DNA of 24,250 nucleotides from a virus (taxonomy: Duplodnaviria; Caudoviricetes). Both the position numbers and the translations under genes were made by a program. Location: positions 1 to 24,250 of IMG/VR virus record IMGVR_UViG_3300015370_000049; one strand, given 5' to 3'. Within the stretch, counting starts at the first letter, position 1; every line of letters starts with the position of its first letter. Below the pieces are notes generated by a model. It was given only the letters and a program-made list of their open reading frames with translations, ran no database searches and was not told the DNA's origin. This document shows positions 1-5,976 of the stretch, in pieces.

Positions 1-95
1 AAGAGGCGACGGGAATCGCACTCGCTCCGGGTAATTACGAGGAAATCGTGGACCGGCTGAACGTGCTACAGCAGGAAGGGGGTGCACAGGCATGA
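1..95 (+). CDS. 3' end of an upstream gene (partial), hypothetical protein
   Basis: Frame 3 is open from the window edge (EATGIALAPGNYEEIVDRLNVLQQEGGAQA*). Its TGA at 93-95 overlaps the next ATG (ATGA coupling). Confidence 0.7.
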   Translation, partial: EATGIALAPGNYEEIVDRLNVLQQEGGAQA

Positions 96-868
96 GCGAG
101 ACTACGACACACTCGTTGTACGACGGCGAGGTAAACATCCAATTCTACCCGAGTACGCACAGGGCGAAATTGATGCCAGAAGGCAAATGGCTACAGTCCG
201 TCACGCGGCACACGTCCATCGTGGACAAGTCGCGTCCGTTACTCGCATGGGCCACGAGGCTCGCGCGTGAGTCGTTCCAGGAGTATCTCGCGAGCAGGGA
301 AGGAGCCGACATGCTATCTAGGTCGGAGGTCGCGGCGGCGGTAGAATCGGCCGTCACAGAGCACCAGAAGAAGAAGGACGAGGCCGCGACCAATGGGAAG
401 CTGGTGCACGCTTGGGCCGAGGCCCACGCAAGGGGCGTGATGCTCGGGGAGCCGAGGCCGCCAGTGGGCGACGACCTGCCGGACCAAGTGGTCCAGGGAA
501 TCAACGCATTCTTGGATTGGATAGAAGAATCCAAGGTCAAGTTCTTGGCCACGGAACGGATGGTCTACAGCAAGGAACACGGCTATTACGGGTTCGCGGA
601 TAAGGTGATAGAGATCGGCGGCAAGAGGTACCTCGGGGATTACAAGACGTCAGGAGGAATCTACCCGGAGATGTACTTCCAAGTCGCCGCTTACAGGAAG
701 GCGTGGGAGGAGGAGATGGGCCCCTTGGACGGACACATGATAATCAGGTTCGGCAAGGACGACGGGAAGTTCGAGGTCACGACCATCGATTCCTACGAGG
801 AGGACTTTCAGGCGTTCCTTGCATGTAAGCGACTCCGTGAATCGGTCACGAGGCTCGGAGCGAGATAG
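92..868 (+). CDS. PD-(D/E)XK nuclease, phage exonuclease (RecB/Cas4/YqaJ-like superfamily)
   Basis: Motifs SVT near the N-terminus, GKLVHAWAE, ERMVYS..YYGFADKV...GDYKTS and YFQVAAY match the restriction-endonuclease-like phage exonuclease pattern. Confidence 0.85.
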   Translation: MSETTTHSLYDGEVNIQFYPSTHRAKLMPEGKWLQSVTRHTSIVDKSRPLLAWATRLARESFQEYLASREGADMLSRSEVAAAVESAVTEHQKKKDEAATNGKLVHAWAEAHARGVMLGEPRPPVGDDLPDQVVQGINAFLDWIEESKVKFLATERMVYSKEHGYYGFADKVIEIGGKRYLGDYKTSGGIYPEMYFQVAAYRKAWEEEMGPLDGHMIIRFGKDDGKFEVTTIDSYEEDFQAFLACKRLRESVTRLGAR

Positions 869-875
869 ACCAGTC

Positions 876-1074
876 GTGCCTGACCTGTTCGCTAAAGTAG
901 GCCGCATAGACGGGACCACCCATCCCCCAATCGGGGTACAGAAGGGCGGCCGAAGGCGGCGGGTCGGGCACCAACACGGCCGTCGCGCCGGGTATCGTCG
1001 GCACTTTTTCGACGTCGCGGGTCTCGTGGTGTCTCCCGACGGCGTTCCGCAGGCGGTATCCGGCAAGGCGGCCG
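876..1074 (+). ncRNA. Putative two-domain structured RNA, unassigned family
   Basis: Helices found by eye: 876-889/958-971, 900-905/946-951, 977-984/1067-1074, 987-999/1052-1064, 1011-1021/1035-1046. Non-Watson-Crick positions are G-U on the + strand. An AGUA/GAA internal loop lies at 896-899/952-954. Confidence 0.6.
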
Positions 1075-1097
1075 ATAGGGGAATCATTCACTCATTT

Positions 1098-1667
1098 ATG
1101 GACATATATGTCATCATCAAAATCACGGTCGCAATCATCATCTCGATTTCACCATTTAGTAGTCAAACTGCCGTTCGAACCGACGCCGGAGGAGCATTGG
1201 GCGTTGGAGATGCACCTGTCGGAGATGCTCGGGCATCATTTGGGGAATTTGTCGCCGATGAAGGACAAGACTCTGTACAACGAACTATCGAAGTGGACTC
1301 TGAGATGGGTGGAAGAAACACCGAACTTCTCAAGCCGGGCTGTGAGAGTCGAATTACCATCGTCACGGGGTACAATTCAGTCCCCGAGCAAACGGACGAC
1401 ACGCCGTGCATCGCGGCAGACGGAAGCGACGTCTGCGAGCTCGAAGCCCGAGGAGACCACTCGTGCGCGGCGTCGCTCCCCTTCGGTGCCAAAATCTCCG
1501 TCCCCGGCCTCGGGACGTGCACGGTCAGGGACCGGCTCGCGCCGAGGTTCGCGCACCGGATCGACTGGCACTTCGGCGGCAGGCCGGAAGTCAAGGGGGC
1601 GAGGGAATGGGGCAGGAAGGAGCTCACGGTGACGATATGCCAAGAGGAAGAAAGAAAGGTTCATTAG
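1098..1667 (+). CDS. Secreted 3D-domain (MltA/RlpA-like double-psi barrel) protein
   Basis: Probable start is the ATG at 1098 (AT-rich context) followed by a hydrophobic signal-like segment. C-terminus VTGYNSVPEQTDDTPCIAADG...LPFGAKI...TVRDR...RIDWHF...AREWGRK is the 3D-domain pattern. Confidence 0.8.
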   Translation: MDIYVIIKITVAIIISISPFSSQTAVRTDAGGALGVGDAPVGDARASFGEFVADEGQDSVQRTIEVDSEMGGRNTELLKPGCESRITIVTGYNSVPEQTDDTPCIAADGSDVCELEARGDHSCAASLPFGAKISVPGLGTCTVRDRLAPRFAHRIDWHFGGRPEVKGAREWGRKELTVTICQEEERKVH

Positions 1668-1969
1668 TGCCAAGATTCGACTCGTTAGTCATCGATTTCC
1701 AGGGGGCGTTAGACATCGTGGAGTCGTTCGCCAAGGACCCGGTAGCAGCCATAGAATACGTCGATATGCTCAGGGAAGAACAAAAAACGATGACAGCCAA
1801 AAATTCGACGATGCACCTCTACAAGCTCATCGCTTATATGATACGCGTAGGGGCGTTGGAGCTCAGGGCAACACCCAATAAGATTTCCGAGGAGAAATGG
1901 GACGAACTCATGAATGCGGCCAGGCGTAGCAAGGAGAAACATGCAAAACGAGACGGCAAGGCTACTTAG
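1667..1969 (+). CDS. Hypothetical protein (100 aa)
   Basis: GTG at 1667 overlaps the previous TAG. Helical-looking sequence fills the gap. The upstream extension to 1406 in the ORF track overlaps the 3D gene and is unlikely to be real. Confidence 0.6.
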   Translation: MPRFDSLVIDFQGALDIVESFAKDPVAAIEYVDMLREEQKTMTAKNSTMHLYKLIAYMIRVGALELRATPNKISEEKWDELMNAARRSKEKHAKRDGKAT

Positions 1970-2366
1970 AGCCATCGCGAACCTCTTGGATTCCGGGGCC
2001 TCTCCTTTGGTCTTGGGGAGTCCCGAATGTCCAGAAGTACCTGAAAGCGGTCAAGAAGGCGAGGAAGTACCGTCCGTGGTTCAGGACGGTACTCCGGAGC
2101 TTAGGGGCAAGTGCCACTTGGCGTCCGTGGTTGAGCATCCGAACGGAAGGAAGGTGTGCCTGGCCTGTCTGGAACCTTGCGAAGCCACGACGGAAGACGA
2201 AGCCGTGAGCATCGAACCGACACCGACGGAAAAACGGAAACCGGGGGCGTTCCAATTCAGCAAGAAGGGAACGATGGGCCACGAGTGTTGCGGGTCCAAG
2301 GGGTTCAGGCACAGGGCGGGGTGCCCAAACGCGAGTATGTCGAGGTCGGCCACCGAGGGGATATGA
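1941..2366 (+). CDS. Hypothetical Cys/His-rich (zinc-binding-like) protein
   Basis: ATG at 1941 is preceded by AAGGAG. Motifs KCH...CLACLEPC and CCGSKGFRHRAGC. Its stop overlaps the next ATG. Confidence 0.65.
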   Translation: MQNETARLLRAIANLLDSGASPLVLGSPECPEVPESGQEGEEVPSVVQDGTPELRGKCHLASVVEHPNGRKVCLACLEPCEATTEDEAVSIEPTPTEKRKPGAFQFSKKGTMGHECCGSKGFRHRAGCPNASMSRSATEGI

Positions 2367-2716
2367 GGTCAGAGATTCGCATCCCAATCCGGCCGGTGAG
2401 CTGGAACACGCTCGCCCGGAAGAGCAGATGGACGTACAAGGAGACGTTCGAGGCCATGAAGGTCCAAACCATGGCGGCGGTGATGAAGACCAAGCCCTAC
2501 CCAAGGTTCACGGGGCAGGTCAAGGTCCGATTCATCGCCGCATGGAAGGACAAGAGGAAGCACGACCTCGACAACGTATGCGTGAAGCCGATCTTGGATG
2601 AGCTCGTCTCCATGAAGGTCCTCACGGGGGACGACATGGACGTAATGACGGAAGTGGTCATCCGAGGGAATCGAAGCAAGGAGGAATCACTCACGGTAAT
2701 CATCGAATCCATATGA
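2363..2716 (+). CDS. rusA: RusA-like Holliday junction resolvase
   Basis: PVSWN near the N-terminus and catalytic pattern RKHDLDNVCVKPILDELV...LTGDD. About 117 aa, ATGA-coupled at both ends. Confidence 0.8.
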   Translation: MRSEIRIPIRPVSWNTLARKSRWTYKETFEAMKVQTMAAVMKTKPYPRFTGQVKVRFIAAWKDKRKHDLDNVCVKPILDELVSMKVLTGDDMDVMTEVVIRGNRSKEESLTVIIESI

Positions 2717-2916
2717 AGCCACCCGGAGGTGAGAGATGGAGGCAGTACGTCTGCCCCGAGTGCGAACAGAGGTTCAAGAGAAGGACAGAATTCGTCGAGA
2801 TACCTTACGGCCCGTCCGGATTCGTCTCCGGACCCATCAAGGCCCTTCACGTGACGTGCCATTACAGACGGCTCAAGAAGGACGACATTGACAGTGTGCC
2901 TTCCAGTCTGATTTGA
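2713..2916 (+). CDS. Small zinc-finger-like protein
   Basis: CPEC...HVTCH motifs. ATGA overlap with the resolvase gene. Confidence 0.6.
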   Translation: MKPPGGERWRQYVCPECEQRFKRRTEFVEIPYGPSGFVSGPIKALHVTCHYRRLKKDDIDSVPSSLI

Positions 2917-2921
2917 TGGGT

Positions 2922-3016
2922 CCTGTGGGTTTGGCGTCCCGGTGATGGTGGGGAACCTCTCATCATACAGGCTATTCCCCGCGAGGAGGTAGCCACGCCA
3001 GGACCCCATCCACAGG
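2922..3016 (+). ncRNA. Putative three-way-junction RNA element
   Basis: Pairings 2922-2929/3009-3016, 2932-2937/2995-3000, hairpin 2942-2966, and hairpin 2970-2994 capped by a GCGA (GNRA) loop. Confidence 0.45.
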
Positions 3017-3022
3017 CAATAC

Positions 3023-3051
3023 TTGCGTCCTCAAAGGGGCCATGGTAAAAT
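3023..3051 (+). promoter_or_regulatory. Sigma70-type promoter with extended -10
   Basis: TTGCGT (3023-3028), 17 nt spacer, TAAAAT (3046-3051), with TG at 3043-3044. Confidence 0.7.
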
Positions 3052-3057
3052 TCCCCT

Positions 3058-3610
3058 AGTCAAGAACGCCTTGGCCGTCGTCGAACAGAGACACAATTAG
3101 GCTATTGGCCGTTTACGTAGCTGGATTGTTGTCTAGGGCGAAAGCCCGAACAGTCCGGCGACGTGAGCGGCTTTTCAGTAAGCCACACCGAATACTGACG
3201 GGATTGGGTCGGCGAATCCATCAGCCCCCCGTTGGATGCCAGCTAAGTGATGGAGTTGGGCCTACCGTGTACCGATTGCACATGCCCGAATAGGTTTCCT
3301 TCCGTCACACTGACGGGGGAGGCCAGCGTTTCCTCCTGTCTCACGGACGGGGGAGGTCAAGAACGTCTTGGCACCGTCGCCTCGACCGTAACGGCGAGCG
3401 ATTGACGAGAGCCGTGCTCTGCCCGCGTCGAAAAGGGAGGCCGCCTTCCGAGAATCGACACCACGTGGGTAAACAGGCCGTCCCGACGGCTTTTGGGTCC
3501 CCCGTATCCGCTTGCACATGCTCAGGGAAAGAGAAAACGAAGGATAAAGACAAAGAAGAGGTCAGGGGTACGGGCGACCCCGAAGGGGCTTGAGCCCGTA
3601 CCCCTAGACC
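3058..3610 (+). ncRNA. Putative large structured ncRNA or leader (~550 nt) upstream of the HNH gene
   Basis: No credible ORF. Begins just after the promoter. Helices 3108-3118/3161-3171 and 3120-3130/3149-3159 with a GGGC-GAAA-GCCC cap, further hairpins at 3293-3324, 3329-3356, 3377-3401 and 3475-3492, and a perfect 12-bp stem 3564-3575/3594-3605. Confidence 0.65.
3059..3372 (+). repeat. Imperfect 17-nt direct repeat GTCAAGAACG(C/T)CTTGGC at 3059-3075 and 3356-3372
   Basis: 16 of 17 positions identical. Each copy can fold into a GTCAAG/CTTGGC hairpin. Confidence 0.75.
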
Positions 3611-3614
3611 GCCG

Positions 3615-4106
3615 ATGATTCATCGCCGCATGAAGACAGACTTCTACAAGCAATACCTCGCTTCAAAAGAATGGCAGAAGAAGAGGAGGGACGCCTACGT
3701 CGCCCTCGGTCGCAAATGCCGAAGGTGTAAGTCCTCCTCTTCAATCGTCGTCCATCACTTGTCATATGAAAGGTTGGGGCATGAAGAGGTCGGCGATTTG
3801 ATAATCCTATGTCGAGTTTGCCATGATGCGGTACACGAAGGATTCGAGGCGTACAGGAATGGGAAGGTGAGATACGAAAATCTGCGTTGGTTCACGGAAT
3901 GGTTCGTGAAGGCCGATAAGCTCAAAGAAAAAACGGAACGTCGCAAGAAGAAGAGAAAGGAAAGACGCAAAAAGATAATCCAAAAACGCATCAGAGACCG
4001 TGGCAACTCAACCGGGTATTCACGCGTCGTGGCACTTAGGCCGATGCCGAAGGGAAAAAGAAAGCCGGTCGTCTTATTCAAACCTTCAAAGATATGGCAA
4101 CCCTAG
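3615..4106 (+). CDS. HNH endonuclease with basic C-terminal tail
   Basis: YLASKEWQKKR...CRRC...VHHLSYERLGHE...DLIILCRVCHDAVH. Alternative start at 3630. Lies shortly upstream of the terminase genes. Confidence 0.88.
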   Translation: MIHRRMKTDFYKQYLASKEWQKKRRDAYVALGRKCRRCKSSSSIVVHHLSYERLGHEEVGDLIILCRVCHDAVHEGFEAYRNGKVRYENLRWFTEWFVKADKLKEKTERRKKKRKERRKKIIQKRIRDRGNSTGYSRVVALRPMPKGKRKPVVLFKPSKIWQP

Positions 4107-4336
4107 CTTACACGTTAGTCAGCATCGTCTTTGGTATCGTCTTGTTCTTCTTCGCATGGGCAGTATGGGAGAAATACAAGGATTCGCGTTATGTATCTAA
4201 GCCTCCGAAGACTAGACCGGTGGAACCTTTTGAACCTTACGTCCCGAGGAACGACCCGAAGAAGACGAGAATCATCAACAGCCTCGTAGTGGTAGGAATC
4301 GTAACTTACGTGTTCGTAGTCATCGCCACCCTCTGA
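4094..4336 (+). CDS. Small membrane protein with two predicted TM helices
   Basis: Hydrophobic N- and C-terminal segments separated by a Pro/Lys-rich loop. TATG start context. Confidence 0.7.
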   Translation: MATLAYTLVSIVFGIVLFFFAWAVWEKYKDSRYVSKPPKTRPVEPFEPYVPRNDPKKTRIINSLVVVGIVTYVFVVIATL

Positions 4337-4349
4337 GATTGTGTCCCGG

Positions 4350-4378
4350 TTGAAAGGTCGTCTCTTCCATGTTATAAT
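4350..4378 (+). promoter_or_regulatory. Sigma70-type promoter (extended -10) for terS, probably giving a leaderless mRNA
   Basis: TTGAAA (4350-4355), 17 nt, TATAAT (4373-4378), TG at 4370-4371. The ATG begins at 4385. Confidence 0.75.
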
Positions 4379-4384
4379 GGCGGC

Positions 4385-4783
4385 ATGAGCAAATATGGAC
4401 CGAAATGGAAGGAGAAATACTGCGATGAAGTCGTGTCGTTTATGGGGTCTGGTCATTCGGAGGAGGCATTCGCGGCTCAAATCAAGGTAAACAGAAGGAC
4501 GGTTTATCTCTGGAAGAAAGAAAAACCAGAATTCGGGAGTGCAGTCGAACGAGGCGAAGACGCACGGAGGTTGCACATCGAGAAGATAGCGATGGCGGCA
4601 ATCCACGACAAGAGCGTGAATGTAGCTTTGGTAATCTTCTATCTCAAGAACTGGGCCGGTTTCAGGGACGACCAGCACATCGACCATACGACGAAGGGGG
4701 ACAAGATGCCCTCGCCCATCCTTGCACATGTTCGTAGCGACGACGGCGACAAGAAAGATACTAGGCCTGTCGAAAAGGCTTAG
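4385..4783 (+). CDS. terS: Terminase small subunit (HTH-containing)
   Basis: HTH-like FAAQIKVNRRTVYLWKKEKPEF, then VIFYLKN..GFRD and IDHTTKG. Immediately precedes and overlaps terL. Confidence 0.8.
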   Translation: MSKYGPKWKEKYCDEVVSFMGSGHSEEAFAAQIKVNRRTVYLWKKEKPEFGSAVERGEDARRLHIEKIAMAAIHDKSVNVALVIFYLKNWAGFRDDQHIDHTTKGDKMPSPILAHVRSDDGDKKDTRPVEKA

Positions 4784-5909
4784 GGGCGTCTGTGGCGGCA
4801 CTTCTGCCTCCAAGACCATCTCTGTCCTCTTGTTCCTCATCGATCTAGCCCAGCGCGACAAGACGCCAGCATTGACGAGCGTGGTATCCGAGACCGTACC
4901 TCATTTGAAGCGTGGTGCAATCCGTGACTTCATGAACATCATGGAGACGCAGGGATATTTCGTCGATTCCCGATGGAACAGGACCGATTTCATCTACACG
5001 TTCGAGACCGGTTCGAAACTCGAGTTCTTCTCGGCCGATTCTCCGGACAAAGTGAAAGGCCCGAGGCGTCAGAGGTTATTCCTCAACGAATCCAACAACG
5101 TATCTTTCAATGCTTTCGAACAGCTCGAAGTGCGCACCGAGGACTTCGTGGCACTCGATTGGAACCCATCTTCAGAGTTCTGGTGGTATACAGAAGTCAA
5201 ACCGAAGCGCACCGACTGGGAGGAAATCGTCTTGACGTACAGGGACAACGAGGCCCTTGATGTCCGTGTAGCGGCTTCCATCGAACAACGACGGGCCAAT
5301 AAGAACTGGTGGCGCGTCTATGGGGAAGGACAACTCGGTACCGCCGAGGGGCGCATCTACAAAGACTGGGCCATCATAGACGAGATACCACACGCGGCAC
5401 GCCTCGAAAGGCGCGGGCTTGACTTCGGTTATACGAATGACCCCACGAGTATCGTGGGCATCTACAGACACGACGGAGGGTACGTCCTTGACGAAGAGAT
5501 ATATATGACGGGCATGCTGAACCGTCAAATAGCAGACGCCATAAACCTTCAAGAGCAACAATGCCTCGTGATAGCCGACTCTGCCGAGCCGAAGAGCATC
5601 GACGAGCTCAAGGCGGCTGGCGTGGCAGTCCTCCCGGCACAGAAGGGGCCGGGGAGCGTCTTGCAGGGCATCCAGTTCGTCCAAGGACAGCGAATCTCCA
5701 TCACCAAGAGGTCTGTCAACCTCATCAAGGAATACCGAAATTACATGTGGATGACCGACAAGGACGGAAGGATAATCAACGAGCCAGAGAAGGGTAACGA
5801 CCATGCACTCGATGCGGTACGTTATGGCCTCGCATCACTCGTCATGACCCAACAACTGGGCATCCAAACGCCGCCCAAGATGACGGATGCCATTTACGAC
5901 ATCATATGA
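4728..5909 (+). CDS. terL: Terminase large subunit, PBSX/SPP1-like family
   Basis: Walker A variant GGTSASKT, Walker B-like LFLNE, coupling motif DWNP, nuclease motifs GLDFGYTNDP, ADSAEPKSI and NDHALDAVRY. ATG at 4728. Confidence 0.95.
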   Translation: MFVATTATRKILGLSKRLRGVCGGTSASKTISVLLFLIDLAQRDKTPALTSVVSETVPHLKRGAIRDFMNIMETQGYFVDSRWNRTDFIYTFETGSKLEFFSADSPDKVKGPRRQRLFLNESNNVSFNAFEQLEVRTEDFVALDWNPSSEFWWYTEVKPKRTDWEEIVLTYRDNEALDVRVAASIEQRRANKNWWRVYGEGQLGTAEGRIYKDWAIIDEIPHAARLERRGLDFGYTNDPTSIVGIYRHDGGYVLDEEIYMTGMLNRQIADAINLQEQQCLVIADSAEPKSIDELKAAGVAVLPAQKGPGSVLQGIQFVQGQRISITKRSVNLIKEYRNYMWMTDKDGRIINEPEKGNDHALDAVRYGLASLVMTQQLGIQTPPKMTDAIYDII

Positions 5910-5922
5910 GATGTGCTATAAT
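5893..5922 (+). promoter_or_regulatory. Extended -10 promoter upstream of the portal gene
   Basis: TGCTATAAT at 5914-5922, with a weak -35 (TTTACG) at 5893-5898. Confidence 0.6.
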
Positions 5923-5976
5923 GGGGGGTAATAGGGCCGCTCTGCGGTTTCGCCCACGCTTTTCATCTATGAGTGT

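Noticed and set aside
92-868. Cas4 / CRISPR-associated interpretation
   Set aside because: No four-Cys Fe-S motif, no other cas genes and no repeat-spacer array in the window.
819-1097. N-terminal extension of the 3D-domain ORF
   Set aside because: It overlaps the exonuclease gene, has low-quality Arg/Gly-rich sequence and would bury the signal peptide. The region is better explained as structured RNA.
3059-3372. Mini CRISPR or TIGR-like array
   Set aside because: Only two repeat copies about 300 nt apart, with no regular spacing.
3407-3450. GAGAGCCGTG resembling the start of group II intron domain V
   Set aside because: The downstream sequence does not form the domain V hairpin, and there is no RT/maturase or interrupted gene.
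3105-3593. Short ORFs 3105-3293 and 3402-3593
   Set aside because: Non-ATG starts, atypical composition and complete overlap with strong RNA helices.
3058-4106. IscB/OMEGA (HEARO) assignment, prompted by a GTCAA start and a downstream HNH
   Set aside because: The 163-aa protein has no PLMP or split RuvC motifs and no transposon ends are evident. Kept only as an analogy.
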